Below, one piece after another: positions 8,477-17,062 of a stretch of 64,000 bases of DNA. The DNA is from Flavobacteriales bacterium. GTDB lineage: Bacteria; Bacteroidota; Bacteroidia; Flavobacteriales_F; PHOS-HE28. The stretch lies in contig JANOAK010000022.1 in the NCBI GenBank assembly GCA_031411095.1, forward strand, positions 39,866-103,865, written 5' to 3'. Made by a program: the position numbers and the translations under genes. The notes under the pieces were generated by a model that saw only the letters and a program-made list of their open reading frames with translations, was not told the origin of the DNA and did not search any database. Numbering within the stretch: position 1 is the stretch's first letter; the number at the start of each line of letters is the position of its first letter.

Positions 8477-10522
8477 ATGTTGCGCACCAGCGACGTTCTG
8501 CTTCGCATCGTGGCAGTGGCCGTGGTGGGGTCTGTTCATGCGGACAATGTTGTAGGGCAAACGGAAGCGGACCTTCCAACGGTGTTTGAGCAGATCTCAG
8601 GCATGCTCGACCACGATCAGGTGGCGGAAGCGGTCCTGCGGATCGATGACCTCGCGCAACGCAGCAACAATGACCCCGGCCTGGCACAACTGGTCGTGAT
8701 CATGCAAGCCCGGCTGCGTCGAATGAACGGCGACGTCCGCGGCGCATACCACCTGGTGGACTCCCTGAAAGTGAACGAGGAACGGCCCGATGGCCAGTTT
8801 CTGAGCTTCCTGGTCCTGGCCGAGAAGGCGCGCGATATGAAAAGCTTGAAGCTATATGACAAAGCCGAGTCGTTCGCGTTGCACGCCTTGAGCATATCCA
8901 CGGAACAGGGCCTGGTGCGGGAACAGATCGATATGCACATCCTGCTGGCCGAGATCGATCGGCGACAGTTCCAGCCCGATGGGGCGATCGCCAGGCTGAA
9001 CACGGCGGAGCGGATGTTGATGCGGGTTGAACACCCCAAGGGTCGATGCAATGCGCTGATCAATCGAGCGAACCTCTATTTCGATCAGGATGACATTCCC
9101 CGGGCGATCGAACAATACCACGAGGCGCTGTCCTGTGCCAATGCCGAAGGCTTTCCGGTGATCGCCGAGAATGCGATCTTCAACATAGCCAGCGCCACCT
9201 CCAAACTGCCGGAAGGCGACGAACCGGCGATCGCCTTCCTGGCCAGCCAGTTGAATACGCCAAAGGCACGATCCGATCTGTCCTTGCGTTCGGAGATCCT
9301 CTCGAGCATGGGACTGTTCAACAATGACCTGGGCCGGCCGAAAGAGGCGCGTATGCGGCTCGGCGAGTCACTCGAACTGGCCATTCAAGCGCACGACACG
9401 GCACAAATGGCGAGTGTGTACCTATACCTCTTCCGCACCTACACGACCTTTGGATATCCGGACAGTGCGCGTCAGGCGATCGAGCGTGCGGCCGAGCTCT
9501 TTAGGGATAGTGGCAACCTGCAGCGATTGATGGAAGTGGAAGAGCGTCAGGCTGAGATGTACAAGGACATGGGGGACTACAAGACAGCCATGGGCCATCT
9601 GTTAACGTTCAGCAAGTACAACGACACCCTGAACCAGCGGTTCTACAGCGATGAACTGGCCAACCTGAACGTGGCCTTTGATTCCGAGAAGAAGGACGCC
9701 AAGATCAAGTTGCAGGATGCGAACATCACACGGCAACGCATCGGCTTGATCGCCGGGGGCAGTGTGCTGTTGTTGTTGGGGGTGATCAGCCTGGTGCTGA
9801 TGATGAACCTGCGGCAGCGCAGGCAACTGGCCGAAAAGGAGCGGCGCCTCCACGAACAGCAGGTGAACGACCTGATGCAACAACAGGAGATCCGGGCGCT
9901 GGATGCCATGATGGAAGGGCAGGAAAAGGAGCGGCGACGCGTGGCCAAGGACCTGCACGACCGGCTGGGGAGCATGCTCAGCGCGATCAAGCTACAGTTC
10001 AGCGCGCTGGAAAGCAAGGTGGAACAGGTGCAGCGCGAACAACGCACGCAATACGAGCAGGTGTTCGGCATGCTGGACGACGCCGTGGCCGAAGTGCGCA
10101 GGGTCTCGCATGATATGGTGCGGGGGTCGCTCGCACAGTTCGGGTTGCGCGCAGCGCTGGAGGACCTGCGCATAGCGTTGAACGTGCCCGGCAAGCTGGA
10201 AGTGGAGATGAACCTGTTCGGGCTGGATGGCAGGCTAGATCAGAAAGTGGAGATCGGGGTGTACCGCATGGTGCAGGAATGTGTGAACAATGCGATCAAG
10301 CACTCACGCGCCGGCCACCTCGGCATCAGTGTAACACGCAGTGCGGCCACGTTGAACATCATGGTAGAGGATGACGGCGTGGGCTTCGACCCCGATACCA
10401 TCAAGGAGGGCATGGGTCTGGGCAATCTGCGACAGCGCGCAGCGGACCTGAACGGCCAGGTGCGTTTCGACTCCCGCCCGGGCCACGGCACCACAGTGAA
10501 CATCGACATCCCCCTGGCGTAG
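8477..10522 (+). CDS. TPR-repeat sensor histidine kinase (HisKA_3/HATPase_c)
   Basis: 681 aa. N-terminal signal peptide. TPR-like repeats. TM segment (IGLIAGGSVLLLLGVISLVLMM). Coiled coil. H-box HDRLGSMLSAIK. ATPase N/G boxes (NNAIKHS..., DDGVGF...GMGLGN). Confidence 0.85.
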   Translation: MLRTSDVLLRIVAVAVVGSVHADNVVGQTEADLPTVFEQISGMLDHDQVAEAVLRIDDLAQRSNNDPGLAQLVVIMQARLRRMNGDVRGAYHLVDSLKVNEERPDGQFLSFLVLAEKARDMKSLKLYDKAESFALHALSISTEQGLVREQIDMHILLAEIDRRQFQPDGAIARLNTAERMLMRVEHPKGRCNALINRANLYFDQDDIPRAIEQYHEALSCANAEGFPVIAENAIFNIASATSKLPEGDEPAIAFLASQLNTPKARSDLSLRSEILSSMGLFNNDLGRPKEARMRLGESLELAIQAHDTAQMASVYLYLFRTYTTFGYPDSARQAIERAAELFRDSGNLQRLMEVEERQAEMYKDMGDYKTAMGHLLTFSKYNDTLNQRFYSDELANLNVAFDSEKKDAKIKLQDANITRQRIGLIAGGSVLLLLGVISLVLMMNLRQRRQLAEKERRLHEQQVNDLMQQQEIRALDAMMEGQEKERRRVAKDLHDRLGSMLSAIKLQFSALESKVEQVQREQRTQYEQVFGMLDDAVAEVRRVSHDMVRGSLAQFGLRAALEDLRIALNVPGKLEVEMNLFGLDGRLDQKVEIGVYRMVQECVNNAIKHSRAGHLGISVTRSAATLNIMVEDDGVGFDPDTIKEGMGLGNLRQRAADLNGQVRFDSRPGHGTTVNIDIPLA

Positions 10523-10627
10523 GAGGCCCGCCTTCTCGAAGGCTGCGGAGGTACTCGCAGCGGCCTTCCCTAGGATATCCCCCCCACTGGGTATTGTTAT
10601 GGCCCGTCGTTCCGGGAGAGCTTTGGT

Positions 10628-11155
10628 ATGAAGTTCAACGCTGAATTCCTCCCCATGAAACCCATGACCTATTACCTAAGCGGCCTCCCGATCATCATCG
10701 GCTGCTGCGTTGGTCCATTCATCGCAGATAACGTCTCGGCCCAAGGTCAGGTGGTGATGACGGGGTATATCCTGTCCACAGCGAATTCGAGCGCCATGCC
10801 AACGGCCGAGATCGTGGCGATGGACGGTGAATCCATGCCGCTGGCGATCAAGAACAATGGCAAGTTCTGGGTGTGTGCGCCGGCCACGGAGACCTACATC
10901 CTGCGCTTCGCACAGGAAGGTGCCGCGCCGAAGGAGGTGGTGGTGGATCCTGCCAAAGGTTGCCCCAATGGCACTTGCAAGGACCGGTCGCTGAAGTTCG
11001 ATGTGCTGTTGGAGGAGGCCCGGGAGAAGAGCGGTTCTACCGCAGCGGGGCGGATCGACCTGAATTCAAGCAATGGAAAGGCCCATGTGCGCAAACACGA
11101 GGGGAAGGTGAAGTTCAGAAAACCATTGGCCTTGGGCGTAGTGGGCGACGAGTGA
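10628..11155 (+). CDS. hypothetical membrane-anchored protein (possible CarbopepD_reg-like fold)
   Basis: 175-aa ORF with an N-terminal hydrophobic segment. Followed by a nested hairpin at 11206-11240. Confidence 0.4.
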   Translation: MKFNAEFLPMKPMTYYLSGLPIIIGCCVGPFIADNVSAQGQVVMTGYILSTANSSAMPTAEIVAMDGESMPLAIKNNGKFWVCAPATETYILRFAQEGAAPKEVVVDPAKGCPNGTCKDRSLKFDVLLEEAREKSGSTAAGRIDLNSSNGKAHVRKHEGKVKFRKPLALGVVGDE

Positions 11156-11379
11156 TGGCATTGTGGCAGGGATGTCCGGCAAGGGGATAAATGACAACCC
11201 GCCGCGATCATCGGGGCTTGATCCAAGGATCAGGCCCCGATGGCTATTTCAAGGGGGAACCGGTGGAAATACACGGCTTGTTCCACTACTCCATCCGTTC
11301 TGTTACATTCGCGCCCTCATTCGGGTATAACGCAGCCCGGCAACGACCCGGTCGTCGCAAATTGCGGGACAGGACATTT

Positions 11380-11456
11380 CGGGGTGTAGCGCAGCCCGGT
11401 AGCGCACTTGCATGGGGTGCAAGGGGCCGCTGGTTCGAATCCAGTCACCCCGACCA
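11380..11456 (+). tRNA. tRNA-Pro (anticodon GGG)
   Basis: Hand-folded cloverleaf. Acceptor CGGGGUG/CACCCCG. D-arm GCGC-AGCCCGGUA-GCGC. Anticodon arm CUUGC-AUGGGGU-GCAAG (GGG). T-arm GCUGG-UUCGAAU-CCAGU. Discriminator A plus encoded CCA. Confidence 0.88.
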
Positions 11457-11464
11457 GTAACGAG

Positions 11465-11494
11465 GATCCCGCCGAGAGGCGGGATCTTTTGTTT
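11465..11494 (+). terminator. rho-independent terminator after tRNA-Pro
   Basis: GATCCCGCC-gaga-GGCGGGATC followed by TTTTGTTT. Confidence 0.7.
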
Positions 11495-11676
11495 CCGGGC
11501 CGCGCGAACTTGCTCGCGAAAGGACCGGGAACAAAAGATCCAGGCGCGCAGCGCCAGGGATCCTCGTGGATGAAGTTCCCCCCCATATGGAAAGCCCGTC
11601 CCTTGCTCAGCCAAAGCGGCTACGCGCTTGCGCGCCATAGCGCTTCAGCGCGCGGAGGCGCGAAGGCGCAGTCGGG

Positions 11677-11741
11677 CGATCCAGTCACTCCGACCAGTAA
11701 CGAGGATCCCGCCGGAAGGCGGGATCTTTTGTTTCCGGACC
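11677..11741 (+). repeat. direct repeat: duplicated 3' end of tRNA-Pro plus terminator (att-like scar)
   Basis: ATCCAGTCAC(T)CCGACCAGTAACGAGGATCCCGCCGGAAGGCGGGATCTTTTGTTTCCGG nearly identical to 11437-11497. Not a complete tRNA. Confidence 0.7.
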
Positions 11742-11833
11742 GAAGCGTTCATGTGAACCTGTTGTCCGATCATTTTCCGGCCATGATGAACGTTCTACCT
11801 ATTTGACGCACAAGGTTCCACGTCCACCTACTT

Positions 11834-13768
11834 TTGGCCCCCTTGCCCTGGATGATGCGTGTATTCACCTCACTACCCGCAGCTTTCGTGCTGCTGTCGT
11901 TGACCGGTTGTGGGGAGGCTCCTGCACCACGACCCGACACTCCACGAACCACCACTCCGCCGACGGCGCAAAATTCCACACCGATGGACCTCCATAGTTG
12001 TGCCCGGCCTGCTGAGGCCGTGATCACCCATCTGGACCTGGATCTTACTGTGGACATGGATGCCAAGCGGATCACCGGCACGGCCGCGTACGATCTACAG
12101 CGCAGCTCCGGCGATTCCGTCCACTTCGATACCGATGGCCTCACGATCACGAAGGTGACCCTGGCCGATGGCTCCGATGCGGCGTTCGAACTGGGCGACA
12201 GCACATACCTGGGGCGTGCGCTGAAGGTCCAACTTCCGCCAGGTGCGAAGCGCGTTGTCATCAACTACAGTACGGGTGCTCAGGCCCGGGCATTGCAGTG
12301 GCTTACCCCGGCGCAAACGGGTGACAAGCGGAAGCCCTTCCTGTTCACGCAGGGACAGGCCATCCTCACCCGTTCATGGATCCCGGTGCAGGACAGCCCG
12401 GGGATCCGGTTCACGTACACCGCCAAAGTGAAGGTGCCGAGCGACCTGATGGCGTTGATGAGCGCCACGAATCCCCAGGAGCGCCGTGCCGATGGCGTGT
12501 ATTCCTTCTCCATGGACAAGCCCGTGCCGGCCTACCTGGTGGCACTGGCCGTTGGCGACGTAGGGTACAAGGCGATCGACGCGCGTACGGGTGTGTATGC
12601 CGAACCAGGCCTGCTGGAGAAGGCCGCATGGGAATTCGCGGACATGGGGCGCATGGTCACCGCTGCGGAAGAACTCTATGGCCCATACCGCTGGGGCCGG
12701 TACGATGTGCTGGTGCTTCCCCCGAGCTTTCCGTTCGGCGGCATGGAGAACCCGATGCTCACCTTCGCCACCCCCACGATCATCGCCGGCGACCGGTCGC
12801 TCACGTCGCTCATCGCCCATGAGCTGGCGCACAGTTGGAGCGGCAACCTGGTGACCAATGCCACCTGGAACGACTTCTGGTTGAACGAAGGCTTCACGGT
12901 GTACTTCGAGCATCGTATCGACGAGAAGTTGTACGGCAAGGACTACAGCGACATGACGGCCCTGCTCGGCCATCAGGACCTGTTGGCCACGGTGAAGGAG
13001 ATCACGAACGGAAAACATCCGGAGGATACCCGGTTGAAGCTTGACCTCGACGGGCGCGATCCCGATGATGGCATGACGGACGTTGCCTACGAGAAAGGCT
13101 ACGGCCTGTTGCGCCTGATCGAAACACGGGTGGGTCGTCCCAAGTTCGATGCCTTCCTGCGGAACTATTTCGATCGCTTCGCCTTCCAGAGCATGACCAC
13201 CGAGCGTTTCGAGGAATACGTGAAGGACTCATTGCTCGTACCGAATGGGATCCAGCTGAACCTGGACCCGTGGATCCACCAGACCGGGATCCCGGAGAAC
13301 GACATTGTTCCGGTATCCAGGAAGTTCATCAACGTGGACGCCGAGATCGCACGATGGGTGTCGGGCACTCCCGCATCGGGGTTGCGTACCACCGGGTGGT
13401 CCACCTTCGAGTGGATCCACTTCCTGCGCCATCTGCCGGAAGGCCAGGGCGAGGGCAGGATGAAGGAGCTGGATACGGCCTTCGGGTTCACGGCCTCGGG
13501 CAACGCGGAGATCCTGGCGGCCTGGTTGGAACAATGCATCCGTAACGACTACCCTGCGAGCTACGAGCGCCTGGATCAATTCCTTACCACCGTGGGCCGT
13601 CGTAAGTTCCTGATCCCTTTGTACCAGCAATTGATCAGCACGGAGAAAGGGCGCGCCATGGCCATGAACATCTACAAGCAGGCACGGCCCAATTACCACA
13701 GCGTAAGCGTGCGCACCATCGACGACATGCTCGGTTGGAGCGCGGGCACGGGTTCGGTCACGCTGTGA
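11834..13768 (+). CDS. M1-family metallopeptidase (leukotriene-A4-hydrolase/cold-active aminopeptidase-like), lipoprotein
   Basis: Lipobox LLSLTGC. Zinc motif HELAHSWSGN...WLNEGFTVY (HEXXH-X18-E). Confidence 0.9.
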   Translation: MAPLPWMMRVFTSLPAAFVLLSLTGCGEAPAPRPDTPRTTTPPTAQNSTPMDLHSCARPAEAVITHLDLDLTVDMDAKRITGTAAYDLQRSSGDSVHFDTDGLTITKVTLADGSDAAFELGDSTYLGRALKVQLPPGAKRVVINYSTGAQARALQWLTPAQTGDKRKPFLFTQGQAILTRSWIPVQDSPGIRFTYTAKVKVPSDLMALMSATNPQERRADGVYSFSMDKPVPAYLVALAVGDVGYKAIDARTGVYAEPGLLEKAAWEFADMGRMVTAAEELYGPYRWGRYDVLVLPPSFPFGGMENPMLTFATPTIIAGDRSLTSLIAHELAHSWSGNLVTNATWNDFWLNEGFTVYFEHRIDEKLYGKDYSDMTALLGHQDLLATVKEITNGKHPEDTRLKLDLDGRDPDDGMTDVAYEKGYGLLRLIETRVGRPKFDAFLRNYFDRFAFQSMTTERFEEYVKDSLLVPNGIQLNLDPWIHQTGIPENDIVPVSRKFINVDAEIARWVSGTPASGLRTTGWSTFEWIHFLRHLPEGQGEGRMKELDTAFGFTASGNAEILAAWLEQCIRNDYPASYERLDQFLTTVGRRKFLIPLYQQLISTEKGRAMAMNIYKQARPNYHSVSVRTIDDMLGWSAGTGSVTL

Positions 13769-14387
13769 TCAGGCGCTGCAACAGCAGCTTGTCCAGCGCG
13801 TGACCTCCTGCATGGCGAATGCTCTGAAAGTTCACACCCGCTTCACGTAAGCGCGCTTCGGCCTGTGTCAATGTCGCTTCGGGCACAAGGCTGTCCTCTT
13901 CGCCGTAAATGAGCTTCACCGGAATGGTGCTCCAGCGCATGCGCAAGATTGATGCACTGATGTCCGGCGGCAAGCTTCCGGCCCAAAGGACCAGATCCTG
14001 GATGGATGTGCGCCCAAGGGAAGCCCATCGCGCCGCAGTGGCCACGCCCTGCGAAAAGCCCAGCACCGTATCGGGACGGCGCGCCCTACATGGTTCAACA
14101 GGTGCTCTGCGTGCATGTCCAGGTACATGTGCTGGTCAGTGATCTCCGCTCCGCGATCTTCCCGCGTCATCCAGGTGGCGCCCACGCGCACGTGCTCGGC
14201 ATCGGTGTAGTAGCGCGAAAGTCCTTCCGGCGCGGCGATGAGCACATCGTTCGCGAGGCCTTCGAAGTTCCGCAGGAAGTAGCGCGCCAGTTGGCCATAG
14301 CCATGCAACACGATCCAGATGGCCTGTGCCGTGCGTGCATCGCCCAGCGTGTGGTAGCGTGCCGTACGCGGAACAGTGATATGGTGC
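13758..14387 (-). pseudogene. phospholipase/carboxylesterase-family alpha/beta hydrolase with apparent frameshift
   Basis: Two overlapping minus-strand ORFs in different frames. N-terminal part (..IWIVLHGYGQLARYF...) in one frame. Nucleophile elbow and C-terminal part (RRPDTVLGFSQGVATA...HAGGHAL) in another. Frame switch near 14070-14090 in a GC-rich run. Confidence 0.5.
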
Positions 14388-14403
14388 TCTTCCACCGGCG
14401 TGA

Positions 14404-16503
14404 TCAGTATGCTAAAAGTTCGCCCAGTACCACGGATACTTTCTCCGCGCTGGGGATCATGGCCGCTTCCAACGTGCTGTTCAAGGGCACTGCCGGCATG
14501 TCCACCGAGCCGATGAAACGGACGGGTGCGTCGAGCTCGCGGAAGCACTGTTCGCTGATGCGACCGGCCACGGCCTGGGCGAAGGAGTTGGTCAGTTGTT
14601 CCTCGGTCACCACCAGGCAACGCCCGTGTGCCTTTGCTTGTGCCATCACCGTCTCCTCATCCATGGGCACGAGCGTGCGCAGGTCCACGATGGTCACGCG
14701 GCCGGGGAAGTCCTTCGCCGCGGCCTTGGCCCAGTACACACCCATGCCGTAGGTGATGATCACGGCCGCTTCGCCGCGTTCCACGGCCTTCGCATCAGCC
14801 TCTTGCACGATGCGGGCCTTGCCGAACGGAATGATGAAATCGGGTGAAGGCTCGATGCTCTTGGCGTCCTCGGTGCCTTTGATCTTGCTCCAGTAGAGGC
14901 CTTTGTGTTCCAGCATCACTACCGGATTCGGATCATGGTATGCTGCCTTCATCAAACCCTTGAGGTCGGCGCCCGTGCTGGGGTAGGCCACCTTGATGCC
15001 CTTGATGTTGCACAGCACGCTTTCCACGCTGCTGCTGTGGTAGGGGCCGCCGCTGCCATATGCGCCGATGGGCACGCGCACAATGCAGCTCACCGGATAC
15101 TTGCCGTTGCTCAGGTAACAGCTGCGCGCCACTTCGGTGAACAGCTGGTTCAATCCCGGCCAGATGTAATCGGCGAACTGCACTTCCACGATCGGCTTCA
15201 GTCCCGCAGCGCTCATGCCCACGGTGCTGCCGATGATGAAGGCCTCCTGGATCGGGGTGTTGAACACACGGTGATCGCCGAAGTCACGCGCCAGCGTGGC
15301 CGCCTCGCGGAACACGCCGCCCAGTCGCGCGCCCACATCCTGACCGTACAAAAGACAGCGCTTGTCCTCCTGCATCAGCTCGCGGATGGCGAAGAGGGCG
15401 CAGTCCACCATCACCGTGGCTTCACGGTCCGCGGGGGCACGTTCGCCTTGTTCCTCCGTGATGGGGGTGGGGGCAAAGGCGTGGGTAAAGAGGTCCTCGG
15501 GCCGCGGATCCTCGGCATTGCGTGCGAGCTCGAAGTCGGCCTTCACTGTGGCCATGGCCTGTTGTTCCAGCTTCTTCAGGCCGTCCAGCTGCACGCGCAT
15601 ATCGAGCAGCTGCTGCATGAAGCGCGGATGCGGATCGCGTTTGCGATGCTCGGCCAGGTCCGCTTCGCTGCGGTAGAAATCCATGCGCACGCCGCTGGTG
15701 TGGTGATTGAGCAGCGGCACCTTGGCGTGGACCAGGAACGGACGGCGTTCGCTGCGCACGGTGGCGATCACCTCGCGCAAGGTGTTGTAGCAGGTGATGA
15801 AGTCGGTGCCGTCGATGGTGCGGGTCTCCAGGCCGGGGAAGCCCTTGGCGTAGTCCGTGGCATCACCCTTGCGGAACTCGGACGAGTGTGCACTGATGTC
15901 CCACTCATTGTCCTGCACCAGGTAGATGATCGGCAGCTGCTTCAGCACGGCCATCTGGAAGGCCTCGGCCACTTCGCCCTCCGTGATGCTCGCGTCGCCG
16001 AAGGAGCACACCACCACCGGCTTATCGCTACCATGATCCTCGGCGAAGCCTGCGCGCTCGGTGTACTGGATGCCCAGCGCGATGCCCGTGGTGGGGATGG
16101 CCTGCATGCCCGTGGCGCTGCTCTGGTGCGGGATCTTCGGCATGTCGGGGCGCCGCAGGCTCGGGTGGCAGTAGTAGCTGCGGCCGCCGCTGAACGGATC
16201 ATCGCGCTTGGCCATCAATTGCAGCATCAGCTCATACGGGCTCAGCCCGATGCCGAGCAGAATGCTGTCATCCCGGTAGTAGGGCGAAACGAAGTCCTGC
16301 GGCTTCAGTTGCAGGCCTAGCGCCAGTTGAATGGCCTCATGCCCCCGGCTGGTGGCGTGCACGTATTTGCTGGTGAACTTGAAGTGCTCCTCGTAGATCT
16401 CCGTCATGGCCTTGGCCGTGCACATGAGCTCCCAGGCCTTCAGCAGGATGGACTGATCGATCGCTTCGCTCTTCTTCACGGATGCAGGCTGGGTGAAGGA
16501 CAT
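14404..16503 (-). CDS. fused alpha/beta E1 component of a 2-oxoacid (branched-chain/pyruvate-type) dehydrogenase
   Basis: ~700 aa. TPP-binding E1 alpha motifs in the N-terminal half. Transketolase-like E1 beta half. ATG MSFTQPASVKK chosen over upstream extension. Confidence 0.85.
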   Translation of the reverse strand: MSFTQPASVKKSEAIDQSILLKAWELMCTAKAMTEIYEEHFKFTSKYVHATSRGHEAIQLALGLQLKPQDFVSPYYRDDSILLGIGLSPYELMLQLMAKRDDPFSGGRSYYCHPSLRRPDMPKIPHQSSATGMQAIPTTGIALGIQYTERAGFAEDHGSDKPVVVCSFGDASITEGEVAEAFQMAVLKQLPIIYLVQDNEWDISAHSSEFRKGDATDYAKGFPGLETRTIDGTDFITCYNTLREVIATVRSERRPFLVHAKVPLLNHHTSGVRMDFYRSEADLAEHRKRDPHPRFMQQLLDMRVQLDGLKKLEQQAMATVKADFELARNAEDPRPEDLFTHAFAPTPITEEQGERAPADREATVMVDCALFAIRELMQEDKRCLLYGQDVGARLGGVFREAATLARDFGDHRVFNTPIQEAFIIGSTVGMSAAGLKPIVEVQFADYIWPGLNQLFTEVARSCYLSNGKYPVSCIVRVPIGAYGSGGPYHSSSVESVLCNIKGIKVAYPSTGADLKGLMKAAYHDPNPVVMLEHKGLYWSKIKGTEDAKSIEPSPDFIIPFGKARIVQEADAKAVERGEAAVIITYGMGVYWAKAAAKDFPGRVTIVDLRTLVPMDEETVMAQAKAHGRCLVVTEEQLTNSFAQAVAGRISEQCFRELDAPVRFIGSVDMPAVPLNSTLEAAMIPSAEKVSVVLGELLAY

Positions 16504-16670
16504 CGGGTAGGGGACCGGGGTGGGTGAGTGGCGAAAGTACACGATGGCCGGGGCACGGCCCAGATAGGGCGGCCATGTACGCAGGGGCCGGTGCATGGGC
16601 AGGATCCAATACCGGTGGACCAGGCGGAAGCCGGTATTGCGCGATGGACCACCGTGATCTTCCTGTGCTG

Positions 16671-16694
16671 GAAATACCCAACACTGGGTATTTC
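16671..16694. promoter_or_regulatory. perfect 10-4-10 palindrome GAAATACCCA-ACAC-TGGGTATTTC (candidate operator)
   Basis: Seen directly. Lies in the divergent intergenic region between the E1 gene start (16503) and the small LuxR-HTH ORF. Confidence 0.5.
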
Positions 16695-16724
16695 AGCAGG
16701 TGTACGTGGGTTCGATTTTCGCCC

Positions 16725-17019
16725 CGTGGAACCGGCCTCTCCACCAGCACCCGACCCTCGCCAGCGCCTCACTGCACGGGAGCGCCAATACGTGGTGCTC
16801 GTGTGCCGGCGCGAAGAACCGGGCCGGGCACAGATCGCCGAGCAGATGGGCGCCACCGAAAAGACCGTGGAAACGCACCGCGCCAACGTGTACCGGAAAT
16901 GGGGTGTACACACACGCCTCGAACTGCTGTACAAGGCCGTGGACCTGGGCGTGGTGGCCTGCCCGTGCAGTGGATATAAAGGTGCACAGGGCCCCGCCGA
17001 AGCGGCAAGTAGGACCTAA
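16725..17019 (+). CDS. small LuxR/GerE-type HTH protein (possible GTG start; may be a remnant)
   Basis: C-terminal 60 aa LTARERQYVVLVCRREEPGRAQIAEQMGATEKTVETHRANVYRKWGVHTRLELLYKAVDLG is a clean LuxR HTH. Upstream part of ORF 16528-17019 has no REC features. A degenerate copy of the same DNA recurs at 21705-21810. Confidence 0.4.
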
Positions 17020-17062
17020 CAACCCATTCCTCCCCTTCGGTCGGTGTTGGGGAGGGATGGTT

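Noticed and set aside
11191-11460. 89-aa plus-strand ORF
   Set aside because: Overlaps tRNA-Pro and the hairpin region. No protein-like features.
11640-11741. Possible second complete tRNA gene at the duplicated 3' end
   Set aside because: Only the T-loop-to-acceptor 3' strand is conserved. No D-arm or anticodon arm can be folded upstream.
14905-16320. 471-aa plus-strand ORF
   Set aside because: Antisense to the E1 alpha/beta dehydrogenase gene. H/A/G/V-rich composition.
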